Made by a program: the position numbers and the translations under genes
DNA from: Octopus vulgaris
Taxonomy: Eukaryota
NCBI GenBank assembly: GCA_951406725.2
Contig: OX597838.1
Span: 21,018,001 to 21,082,000, forward strand
Length of the DNA stretch: 64,000 bases
Reading direction: 5' to 3'
The notes under the pieces: generated by a model
Seen by the model: only the letters and a program-made list of their open reading frames with translations
What the model was told of the DNA's origin: nothing
Databases searched by the model: none
Part shown: positions 25,980 through 37,999 of the stretch, in pieces
Position numbering within the stretch: position 1 is the stretch's first letter
Layout of the letters: each line of letters opens with the position of its first letter

Positions 25980-26797
25980 GTATGTGTGAGTTAACATTTC
26001 TCTTTTTTCTGCATGGATTTGCGCAGAAAACTCTCCCCACCCCAATTCTACAATTATATGGTTTGTGTGTGTGTGCGTATGTGTGAGTGTGCATGTGCAT
26101 GCGTGTGTGTGTGTATGTGTGTGTGTGCACGCGCATGTGTTTTGGTTGGAGTGTAGCAACACAACTCCAAACGGCAATCAAGTGGCAGAAATTTAATTCC
26201 AATGGAACATTATTTGTAATTCTTTACGTGCCTATCCTCATTTGTTGTCATGAACGTTGGATAATGACCGACAGAATTTGAGTGTGGCCAGAAGTGGCTG
26301 AAGCAGGGTTTCGCCAAAGGATCTCTGGAGTAATGTTAATTGACAGGGAGAGACTCCTTGATCTCTGTTGAGATAAGGGAGTCCCCCCCACAACCCCACC
26401 CCCACCTAGTCAAGCCACTACCTGTCTGCATTGAGAGGTCACAGCTCTGGTACTACAGACGTGTGATCAGAAGGTTATTCTCACAAGACAGATTCTTCAA
26501 GCTAAGTCTGTCATGCAACAGAATTAAGGTTGGACCAAGAAGGAAAATATTTGAATGATATTCATAATCTCTGTGGGTCATGTTTGGAAATCCAGCTGGG
26601 GAATCTCCTAAATATATCTGTCCACTTTTGCACTGTTAATAAAGCTGGAGCATCACCCCCTAATGTAGCAAGCATGTCAGCATGATTGTCCTTCGGGAAT
26701 TAAACCCATTTTTTGCAGGTACTTGATAACACCATGGTGCCAAATTTTGTCCATTTTCAAGAGAATTTGCTACTACTTACTTTTGAAGTCTTCTTTG

Positions 26798-27085
26798 TGG
26801 AGGCACATGGCCTAGTGGTTAGAGCAGCGGACTTGCGGTCGAGGGATCGCGGGTTCGAATCTCAGACCGGGCGATGTATGTGTATGTGTTTATAAGCGAA
26901 ACACCAAAGCTCCACGCGGCGAACTTCCGCTGACTCTTTTGCCACAACTTTCTCTCACTCTTTCCTCCTGCATCTTGCATCTCACCTGCGATGGACCGGT
27001 GTACTGTCCAGGTGGGGAACCTATACACCAAGGAAACCGGGAAACCGGCCCTTATGAGCCAGGCGTGGCTCAAGAAGGAACAAAA
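26798..27085 (+). mobile_element. tRNA(Arg)-like-headed SINE
   Basis: tggcctagtggttagagc...gggttcgaatctc head followed by a non-tRNA body. Related heads at 58467(+), 58845(+), 33715(-), 38785(-) and 6365(-). Confidence 0.8.
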
Positions 27086-28274
27086 GGAAGTCTTCTTTGA
27101 ACATTGAGATGTCAGTTTAGCGGGAAAGGTAAACACAGGACCTGTCAGAGGGACGTTCTGATAGGTCCCTACACACAAGGCATTCGTGGACTCTTCTGCC
27201 ACTGCTCTCTCAGGAATGGTGGGCAGAGAAGATGAACGGATACAAAGGAATTCCTCATATTATGGAAGCAATGCAATTTTGGAAATTTTGCTGTGACCAG
27301 AAATCCTGTGATGTGAAACTAATTTTCCTTTTGATTTTTCATGTTATAAAATAAGATGTGTTCTGACAGATTTTGTGCCCCCCACCCACCCTGCAAAATA
27401 GTAATTATAACAAAAAGCAAGCAGCATGACTGTTTTTATGCATGAAAATAAGTTTCTAAATGTACTCGGCATGACATGTTGACATAGTCACTGATTTGTG
27501 TGGCTGTGTGGTAAGAAACTTGCTTCCCAACCACATGGTTCTGGGTTCAGTCCCACTGTGTGACACCTTGAGCAAATGTCTTCTATTATAGCCTTGGGCT
27601 GACCAGGGCCTTGTGAGTGGATCTGGTGGGCAGGAGCTAGGGGAGGGGGACACATGTTTTGTATATCACAGGATCACGTGACCGACCAGGCTATCAAATG
27701 TTGTTACACATCGCTGGTCACAATACGTTTTGCATTGTTTTAGCCTTCTAATAATGCCACCCCACAGGCTAGGTGAGCAGGTCAACATCCCCCCCCCCCA
27801 ATCGAAAAGGGGCCTGGAACAATGTGAAATTACTTTTGGACATATGCTGTGCTTGTGTAAACCTGTCAAACCAAGCGAGACCGTAGTCATGGCTGATGCT
27901 GGTGTCAAGTCAATGGCACCTGTGCCGGTGGTGGGGATATCAAAAACACTTACTACACTCTTCGAGTGGTTGACATTAGGAAGGGCATCCAGCCATAGCA
28001 ACCCTGCCAAATCAGATCAGAACTGTCCAACTCATGCCATCATAGAACACGGACGTTAAATGATGATGATGATGATTATATCACATGCATATATATATAT
28101 ATATATATATATATGATGTATATTTTCCACTTAAATGTGGCTAACCACTAAGGGTGGGTGATACTGTAGCTTGTAGCCCCAGGAGAACATTTCTCTAGCT
28201 GGCTATTGACACACTTTCTGTACCCTGTCAGTATTTGCAAAGGGAAGCCATCCTTCCCATCATCGATCTGATGT

Positions 28275-28326
28275 GATACACACGGACCCGGGTTTCTGGA
28301 TGTTTACCCGTCGTCAGAGAGGAATA
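28275..28326 (-). ncRNA. Degenerate minimal hammerhead motif in a Penelope-like repeat
   Basis: Minus strand: AUUCCUCU-CUGACGA-CGGGU-AAAC-AUCCA-GAAA-CCCGG-GUC. Palindromic CCCGGG in stem III; stem I is poorly paired. Confidence 0.55.
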
Positions 28327-28496
28327 TTTTATAAATCAACTGATGTCAGTCAAAATAAATTGTTGGCTTTATCTGGGGGATTTTTTTTAACAAAAATTAT
28401 ATGTTATATTATAAATAAATTGTTAGTTTGTCAATTGTATTTATCTATTTCATTTGATATTTGTATTATATATATATACACACACACACACATATA

Positions 28497-28655
28497 TAAG
28501 GTGTCCATAAATTATCTTTACAACTTCCAAACTTTTAATCTCAATATTGTAAGTACCTTTATGGACACCCTGTATATATCATATATATATATAATTATCT
28601 TTACAACTTCCAAACTTTTAATCTCAATATTGTAAGTACCTTTATGGACACCATG
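28497..28655. mobile_element. Tc1-like mini-element with partial tandem duplication
   Basis: ggtgtccataaa / tttatggacaccctg TIRs. The ~55-bp 3' part occurs twice. Confidence 0.55.
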
Positions 28656-28657
28656 TG

Positions 28658-28695
<38 letters not shown>

Positions 28696-30055
28696 GGTGC
28701 ATGAAAAAGTTGCTCAGGTTCTGTAGCATAATGTAGATACAGAAATAAATGTACACACATGAAGAATCAAGTGTGTTATTTCAGCTGCTTGTAACTGCTG
28801 AACAAAGAAGGTGCTGCACTGGTCAAGTATTTGTTTGATTACCCTCACTGTATTCCTCACCAAATTTGTTGATTCTAAGATTACATTGCTTCAACATTTC
28901 TTGTCTCTTATGCAAGATGGCATTACTAAATAGTGGCAAGAGTGGGGAAGGTGGTGAGCTGGCGGAATCGTTAGCACGCCAAGCGAAATGCTTAGCAGTG
29001 TTTCGTCTGCCGCTATGTTCTGAGTTCAAATTCCGCCGAGGTCGACTTTGCCTTTCATCCTTTCGGGGTTGATGAAATAAGTACCAGTTATGCACTGGGG
29101 TCGATGTAATCTACTTAATCCCTTTGTCTGTTCTTGTTTGTCCCCTCTGTGTTTAGCCCCTTGTGGGTAGTAAAGAAATAGGTATTTCATCTGTTTTTAC
29201 TTTCTGAGTTCAAATTCCACCGAGGTCAACTTTGCCTTTCATCCTTTTGGGGTCAATTAAATAAGTACCAGTTATGCACTGGGGTCGATGTAATCGACTT
29301 AATCCCGTTGTCCTTGTTTTTCCCCTCTGTGTTTAGCCCCTTGTGGGCAATAAAGAAATAAGACTGGAGATTGTGAAAGTGTATGCGAGAATGATGAAGT
29401 GAAGTTTTCGAGTAAAACTCTGCTGGCGAAAGTGAACAGTGCAAATGTTGGTTGTGAAGTGGCACACTATACAAGACCAATGCCCACTGCCCCAAAACAA
29501 GGAAATCCTGTTGTTTGAATGATGGAAATTATTCAGGACATTCACGAAAGGACTATTGGAAGTCCAAAGAGGCCCAACACATAAATTGGGTCAGCAGCCT
29601 CACACAAGCAGGAGGTCATGCCAATGGCAGTTGTAATGATGTGTCCTTTCCAGCACTAGGAAACTCATTTCTGTATTAACCCCTATGCTATGGAACCTAG
29701 GGCTATTTTTCCGTGCACCACCCAGTGTAATACTCATAGTCAGACGGTCTGTGTGTTTATTTGTGTATCTCTCTGTTTGTCTACTCTTCTGTTTCCATGT
29801 ATATATTGTTCTTCACCCTCTCTTTTTCTCTCTCCCTCCCTCTGCCTCTCTCTCCCCTTTTCTCATTCTCTCTCCCTCTTCCTCATTCGCTCTCTCCTCC
29901 TTTCTCATTCTCTCTCCCTCTCCCTCCCTCTATTTCTCTCTCCCTCCCTGCTCTCTCTCCGTGTTCATGTTTTACAATTAATGCCCATGTGTCACATTGT
30001 GTCACATCGTGTGTCCCTGCTGGAACAACCTCTGACCTTTTACTTCTCTTTGCAG

Positions 30056-30135
30056 GTGATGAAATGTACAATGATGTGTTCCGAGACTTCAGTAACATGG
30101 CCTCACACAATCCAGAAAAGTTGAAACGGAAATAG
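30056..30135 (+). CDS. ACAP2: ACAP terminal coding exon
   Basis: ctctttgcag|gt. Reads GDEMYNDVFRDFSNMASHNPEKLKRK*, closely resembling the ACAP2/3 C-terminal GDETYQDIFRDFSQMASNNPEKL motif. Confidence 0.95.
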
Positions 30136-30179
30136 CGAATTGTTTGTTCCACTTTGCTCCAAGACAGGCATGCAGTGAC

Positions 30180-30400
30180 CACATATATATATATATACAT
30201 ATATATATATAATGTGTGTATAAATATATGTATATGTATATTTAGTGTGTGTATAAATATGTATATGTATATATAATGTGTATATAAATATATATATGTG
30301 CATATGTGTGTATATATATATATATATGTGTATATAACGTGTGTATATGTATATATACACACATACATGCACACACAGAGGCAAACAAATATATACAGAA

Positions 30401-30456
<56 letters not shown>

Positions 30457-30504
30457 TACATACGCCCATATATGTACATATGTTTCTGTGTGTGTGTATA
30501 TATA

Positions 30505-30538
<34 letters not shown>

Positions 30539-30630
30539 CATACACGCACACATACACATATATACATGCATATGATATATATGTTAATGTATGTGTATGT
30601 AGTATAAATATATGTGCGTGTGTATATATG
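30180..30630. repeat. Compound TA/TG/CA microsatellite just after the ACAP stop
   Basis: Direct inspection. Confidence 0.95.
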
Positions 30631-31207
30631 TAATAATACAGAATAATAATTATAATAAACGTTCCTTTATATATCCCCCTCCCTTTTTAATTGAAACCTG
30701 AGACTTAGATAAAGAAAGGAACACACACACAAAAATTTTTTTTTTCTTACTAGAAAACCGAAAAACTCAATCCTTTCTTGGCAAAAATCTACTCATTTCT
30801 CTCCCTTCCTCTCGTCCATGATGGAAAAAAAGTTACGGAAAAAACCCCGCCAAAAAACCAGAAATATCCGAACAAATCTTGTTTGGAGTTGCTTCCCTTT
30901 ATCATGAAAATGCATTTTTGATTTAAGTTTATATCACTATTTTTTTTTATGAATTACGAAATTCTTTTCCCTTTTTTTTTTTTTTTTTGTTTTAAATCCT
31001 CATCTCTTATAAAATCGACACTGACATGATTTTAATATTCATGAAGGGTTCAGTGTTGCCTTTTCATCAAGGGAGAGGAAATACACCAACCATCTACTTA
31101 TCAACTACTTTCCCCTCTGCCAGAAAACTTATGGCCACGTGCCTATGTTAAATCGTTATTATTTATTATTAAATTATTATTATTATCATTATTTTTGTTT
31201 TTTTTAA

Positions 31208-32783
31208 GGCGGCGAAATGACAGAATCGTTAGCATGCTGGGCGTAATGCTTAGCGGAATGATCTTTGTCCGTCTTTACATTCTGAGTTGAAATTCCGCCG
31301 AGGTCGACTTTGCCTTTCATCCTTTCAGGGTCAGTGAAATAGATACTAGCCAAATACTAGGGGTCGATGTAATCGACTTACCCCCCCCCCCACACACACA
31401 CATACATACATCCCCGAAATTCTTGACCTTGTGCCAAAATTTTAAACTATTATTATTCTTATTATTATTAGTTATTATAAAGGTGGCGAGCTGGCAGAAT
31501 CGTTAGCACACCAGGCAAAAAATGCTTAGCAGTATTTTGCCAGCTGCTACATTCTGAGTTCAAATTCTGCCAAGGTCGACTTTGCCTTTCATCCTTTCAG
31601 GGTCAATGAAATAAATACCAGCCAAATACTAGGGGTCGATGTAATCGACTTACCCCCCTCCCCTCCCACACACACACACACACACATACATCCCCGAAAT
31701 TCTTGACCTTGTGCCAAAATTTTAAACCATTATTATTATTATTATTATTACTGTTATTATAAAGGCAGCGAGCTGGCAGAATTGTTAGCACACCAGGCAA
31801 AAAATGCTTAGCAGTATTTCGCCTACCACTACATTCTGAGTTCAAATTCCGTCAAAGTCGACTTTACCTTTCATCCTTTTGGGGGGTCAATAAATTAAGT
31901 ACCAGTGAAATACTAGGGTTGATATAATTGACTCCTCCAAAATTTCAGGCCTTGTGCCTTTAGTAGAAAAGATTATTACTATAATTATCATTAAGGTGGT
32001 GAATCGTTAGCATGCTGGACAAAAACGCTTCGTGGTATTTTACAGCATTTTAAGTCCTGAGTTCAAATTCTACCTACATTGACCAAATAAATACTAGCTG
32101 AACACTGGGGCCAATGTAATTGACTTCCCCCCTCCCCTTGAAAACTGCTGGTCCTGTGCCAAACTTCAAAGCCATTATTATTATTATTATTATTATTGTA
32201 AGGTGGTGAGCTGGCTGAATCATTAGCACGCCAGGCAAAATGCTTAGTAGCAGCATTTCATCCGTCATTGCATTCTGAGTTCAGATTCCACCGAGGTCAA
32301 CTTTGCCTTTCATCCTTTCGAGGTTGATAAATTAAGTACCAGTGAAACACTGGGACCAATGTAATCAACTAATCCCCCTCCCCCCGAATTTCAGGCCTTG
32401 CGCCTTTAGTAGAAAAGATCATTATTATTATTATTAAGAATGTGGTAAGCTGGCAGAATCATTAGCATGCTGGACGAAATTCTTTGAGGTATTTTGTCTG
32501 TCTTTACATTCTGAGTTCAAATTCAGCCAAGGTCGACTTTGCCTTTCATCCTTTCAGGGTTGATAAATCAAGTACCAGTTGAGTACTGGGGTTGATGCAA
32601 TCGACTGTCCTTCGTCCCCCAAAATTCAGGTCTTGTGCCTGTAGTAGAAAAGAATTTTTACTCCAGGATAGATAAAATGTAGTATTAGCTGAGTACAGGG
32701 GTTCAGTGTAATCGACTTACTCCCCCTCCCTGAAATTGCTGGCCTTGTGCCGAAATTTGAAGCCCTTATTATTATTATTACTA
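31208..32783 (+). repeat. Head-to-tail array of ~6 SINE copies plus a partial copy (tail type B), separated by (TAT)n
   Basis: Heads at about 31208, 31482, 31764, 31994, 32202 and 32442. Each ends ...ggccttgtgcc...attattatt. Confidence 0.88.
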
Positions 32784-33934
32784 TAAAGATTTTTGTTTGT
32801 ATTGTTTTGTTTAGTTTTTTTTTTTTTTTTTTTTCCAACTTTGCATTTTACCTTCTGGACAATTTTTCATCAAGAATTAGTTTCCATATATTTTATAACT
32901 TAAAAATGAAAAAAAAAAAAAAAATTTGAATCAAATTTTGGGTTAACATTACACACACACACATTCCCTCTACTCTCTCTTGTCTCTCACACACACACAC
33001 ACACCCATATACATACATAGCAACATGTGCACTCTATACATACATACACAAGGAAAGGTGTCACTATGTCTTGTAGGTGTGTGTATGTATATATATATAT
33101 TGTGTGTGTAATATATATATATATACATACATACATACAGTAGTACATCAGTTTACAAATGCCTCTGATCATGAATAAATTATGCTTTATATATATCTCT
33201 ATCTATCTATCTATCTACACACACACACATATAGCAAGATATATTCGTGATCAGAGTTGTTCAAAAACTGAGGTACTACTGTGTATATATATATATATAT
33301 ATATATATTGAAGAATTTCTGTAAATGTATACATACAAATATGTGCCTGTTTGTTAGCCAAACAAGTACATGTATGTGTGTGTGTGCATATAAAGACTCC
33401 GTCGGTTACGACGACGAGGGTCCCAGCTGAAACGATCAACGGAACAGCTTGCTCGTGAAATTAACGTGCAAATGGCTGAGCATTCCACAGACACGTGTAC
33501 CCTTAACGTAGTTCTCGGGGATAATCAGCGTGACACAGAGAGTGACAAGGCTGACCCTTTGAAATACAAGTACAACTCATTTTTGCCAGCTGAGTGGACT
33601 GGAGCAACGTGAAATAAAGTGTCTTGCTCAAGGACACAACGCGTCGCCGGGAATCGAACTCACAACCTTACGATCATGAGCCGAATGCCCTAACCACTAA
33701 GCCACGCGCCCTCACTATATATATATATATACACACACACACATATACATATGTATATATAAATAAGGATATGATTATTATTTTAAATAGTGATCAAATC
33801 TAGTTGCAGTATGGAAAGAAAAAACCTTATAGGTTATAATTATTATTAAGAGTATCTAAGAGATACCACCAGTCAGGTTTTGACTGCTATTTCAAGCATG
33901 GTGGTATCTCTTAGATACCCTTGTTTATAATTTT

Positions 33935-33974
<40 letters not shown>

Positions 33975-33989
33975 CACCTTTGTACAGAT

Positions 33990-34135
33990 TGGTTTGTGAC
34001 CAGAATGGACCATTTAATTTCGTACCTAATGTTTGGGAATGAAATTAAATGGTCCCTTCTTGCCACAGTCAAACCCTTCAGAGGTGATAGGGAGGTTTGT
34101 AAGCTCTGCCTATGTGAGGGTTTGGAAATTCCTTT
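33990..34135 (+). mobile_element. Penelope-like element remnant (C-terminal GIY-YIG region) with local inverted duplication
   Basis: EIKWSLLATVKPFRGDREVCKLCLCE resembles the PLE WSIL...PY...CxLCLxE motif. 15-bp inverted repeat ggaccatttaatttc / gaaattaaatggtcc. Confidence 0.55.
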
Positions 34136-34659
34136 TTTTTTTTTTTTTTTCAATAGGAAACAAACCCCATACATACATACATAAACATGTATACACAGAT
34201 TTAAGGGATTCATTCCTGCACACAGACAGTTTTAAGGGATCCATTCCTGCACACACACACACACACATTTTCTGCCACCTTGCTCTTGCCTCACACTATG
34301 ATAATACTTTCCCTTTTTTTTTTTTTTAAATTAGTAAAAAGAAAATGGAGTAACTATTTAAGGTAATTAATCTAAAGTGCTTTTGCTTTGGTCAGTTTCG
34401 GAAGAATGTGTTTTAACAGGGATTTCCAGATTGTCTGATGCTGCCCTCCATCTATCAAGTTACTACAGATAAGGAGAAGTACAGCAACTGTTGCTCTGCC
34501 GGCTGGACGATCAACTGCAATGTATGGGCATTGTTGTTGTTATTTGGTTTTTGGGAGTGTGGGACTCTTAGCCACTGTTGTCCCCAGATCCACTCTGACC
34601 TGGAGTAGCTGCACCTATCAGGACCCCAGCTGTAGGTTAATTAGCATATTTAGGGCTTG

Positions 34660-34995
34660 TTAAGTCAAGTTAAGTTAATTTTTTGGCTCAAAAAGCAAAA
34701 AGCAAGGCCATGTAGGGGGACATGGAGTTATGTACAGGGAGGGTGTGCATGCAAAGAGTTCGGGCCATTTCTGGTCGAGAGAGACTTTTAACCGAGCGGT
34801 CGTTGGCATCTTCACTATCTTGTCCGGCAGCTTATTCCACGGATCCGCAACCCGGATGGAGAAAGGCCCCTCTCCTTCGATTGAGATGAAATCGTCGCAG
34901 ATAGAGCTCTTCGGAGTGACCACCTCAGCCAACGCTCTGGAGCAGGAGTGAAGAACAGCTCTTTCGAGAGGTTACACTTTCCGCTTATGATGTCT
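34660..34995 (-). mobile_element. CR1-like LINE 3' fragment
   Basis: FSIRVADPWNKLP C-terminal motif and (ttaac)n tail. Confidence 0.7.
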
Positions 34996-37579
34996 ATCTA
35001 CGCATGTGAAGACTGGATCCTGCAGATTCTGTAGGAGAAACCCTTGCCAAAAAAAAAGACCTTTGTAGTTCAACAGAAGGGAAGGCGGTTGCAACCACAC
35101 ATTGTGTAGTGCAGAGAGCAAGACAAGGCATCTTGGTCATCCACTGCATCTGTCTCCAACCCTAGTTGTCTTTATACAAGTGAAGGCACAAAGTTTGCCC
35201 ACAAACAATAGATATCCTTTGTGTTGAGCTGCAGTTCCTGCTCATATTATACGACCTTCGGGTCACAGCATTATACTCGCAACACAGTTGAGTACTGGGG
35301 GTTGATGTAATCGACCTACCCCACCCCAAGGTTGCTGGCCTTGTACCAAAATTTGAAACCAATATATTGGAACGGTAGTTTACATTCTACACACATTATG
35401 CTTCCATAAACATTTCACGCCTTGGTCTTCCATTTGTTATTTCTGCATTCCTCTCTCTAAAACTGTTAAGGACTCGGTGAAAATAGGGGTTGGGAATAAT
35501 GTCCCCACCACCACCACTTTTTTTTTTACCCACCGTCATACATCATGCTTGGGGAGGAGAGGTAAAGGGAATGAGGGAAGATGGAGAAGAGAAAGATATA
35601 CACACACATACATATACACAGATCCTCCTCGGTGACACAAAATACTTGAGTGGTAGAAAAAAAAAGGATAAAATGAGTAAAAAACAAAAAAAAAAAAAAG
35701 GTTGGGTATGTGGAATGGCAGTGAGAGATTGTCCTGATGGCTCTCTGAGCAGGCACTGGCCCCTAGCTATTGAGAGATAACAACATGAAGGACTGTTCTC
35801 TTCTAAGTCAAACCCTGTTATTCTTCACCCCTGCGCACATCTCAATATAATCCTTATAAACTTCGCTTCCCACCTCTCAATGTTCTTTCTTTCCTTGAAA
35901 CTAGTTTTTTTTTTTCTTATTTTAATTTATCTGAATTAATTTTTTTTTTTAAACTCCATGACTCCAGAGTTCCTTTGACCTATCTTCTGAATTATTTAGG
36001 GATGTGGAGCAAGGAGGTTTGTCTTATTCATGAACTGAATTTTATTATTTCATTCTTAAATGTTCCTTGTTGATCTTGCCACTGTTGCTCATCTGTAAAT
36101 ACTATTGTTGTTAACCTTGTTACTGCCTCTTTGTCAGTATGTAAATGTTTGTTCAGCTTGGAGACTAATAAACTAATTTCTCTCCCTCTCTCTCTCACAC
36201 ACATATACAATCATTTAATCCCAAATCCCCAACAGGCTGACAGAGAGTTATAGTTTAAAGTACCGGTTTCCCAACCTTTTTAACACAACAGACCAATTTC
36301 ATGCAAGACAATTTTACCATAGGTCAAAAGTTCATTCAATAAAATGCATAATATATAATTTAATTATTACACATTTAATACATATATATTACCTATATAT
36401 TTTGCGGGAGGGTCTATAAAATAAAACACCAGTCATGTACTGGGGTTGATGTAATTCACTAGCCCCCTCCCACAAAATTTCAGGCCTTGTGCTCATAGTA
36501 GAATGGATTATTATTATTATAAAGGTGGTGAGCTGGCAGAAATGTTAGCACACTGGGCGAAATGCTTAGCGGTATTTCGTCTGCCGTTACGTTCTGAGTT
36601 CAAATTCTGCTGAGGTTGACTTTGCCTTTCATCCTTTCGGGGTTGATAATTAAGCACCAGTTACGCATTAGGGTTGGCGTAATCGACTTAATCCGTTTGT
36701 CTGTCCTTGTTTGTCCCCTCTATGTTTAGCCCCTTATGGGTAGCAAAGAAATAGGTATTTCGTCTGTCTTTACGTTCTGAGTTCAAATTCTGCCGAGGTC
36801 AACTTTGCCTTTCATCCTTTCGGGGTCGATAAATTAAGCACCAGTCAAGTACTGGGATTGATGTAATTGGCTGGCTCCCTCCCTAAAAATTTCTGGCCCT
36901 GTGCCTAAAGTAGAGAAGATTATTATTATCATTATTATTATAGAATGTTGGATAAAATGCTTAGTGGCATAGTGTCCTCGTGTGTTGAGGTAGCACTGTT
37001 TCTCACACACTCATTTACCTATACAAATGCACTCTCTCCCTCTCTTTCTCTCACACACATACTTTCTCCTACAAACACTCACAGATTCCCCTTTTTTTTA
37101 AGTTTCCAGCCACGTTGCCAATATAAATTACAAGTTCACATTACACTGCAACTTGCTCCGTATGTCGGCCTAGCTTTACTCATCCAAGCCTTTATATTTC
37201 ATTTCATTTTATTTTATTTTACTTGGGTTAACTTAAAATATGTTTTCCAGCTGTCTGATCCACACCATCAAATCAATTTGCACACAGGGGGGACACACAA
37301 TTTGAATGTAGAAATGGGAGGAGGTAAAAGAAAAAAAAAAATTCCCCACATGTGGTAGTTTTTATATTTCCTTCTTGTTCAAAGCTGACCAGTCACTCGG
37401 TTGATACTCCGAGTTATTTTGCTGTTATGCATTATTCCTTCAGGAGATGTTCCGTCTCTTTGTCGCCAGAAACAAATGAACAAATATTTCCAATTGTCAA
37501 GAATACTAAAATAACATTAGCCTAAACCATCAGCTTCCAGCAAGAACACTATATATATATATATATGAATGTAAGTGTT

Positions 37580-37614
<35 letters not shown>

Positions 37615-37965
37615 GACCCCAGGACTTATTCTTTGTAAGCCTAGTACTTATTCTATCGGTCTCTTTTGCCAAACCACTAAGTTACGGGAACGTAAACACA
37701 CCACCACCGGTTGTCAAGCGATGTTGGGGGGACAAACACAGACACTCAAACATATACACACACATACATATATATATACATACATACACACACACAGATA
37801 TATATGACAGGCTTCTTTCAGTTTCTGTCTACCAAATCCACTCACAAGGCTTTGGTCAGCCCGAAGCTATAGTAGAAGACACTTACCCAAGGTGTGCCGC
37901 GCAGTGGGACTGAACCCGGAACCATGTGGTTGGTAAGCAAGCTACTTACCACAGCCACCTACACC

Positions 37966-37999
<34 letters not shown>

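Noticed and set aside
26798-26872. tRNA-like sequences (also near 58467 and 33640-33715)
   Set aside because: The acceptor stem does not close and each runs into a shared repeat body, so these are SINE heads rather than tRNA genes.
31208-32783. Repeat-spacer-like array suggestive of CRISPR
   Set aside because: Units are ~250-bp SINEs with (TAT)n tails. There are no unique spacers or cas genes, and the context is eukaryotic.
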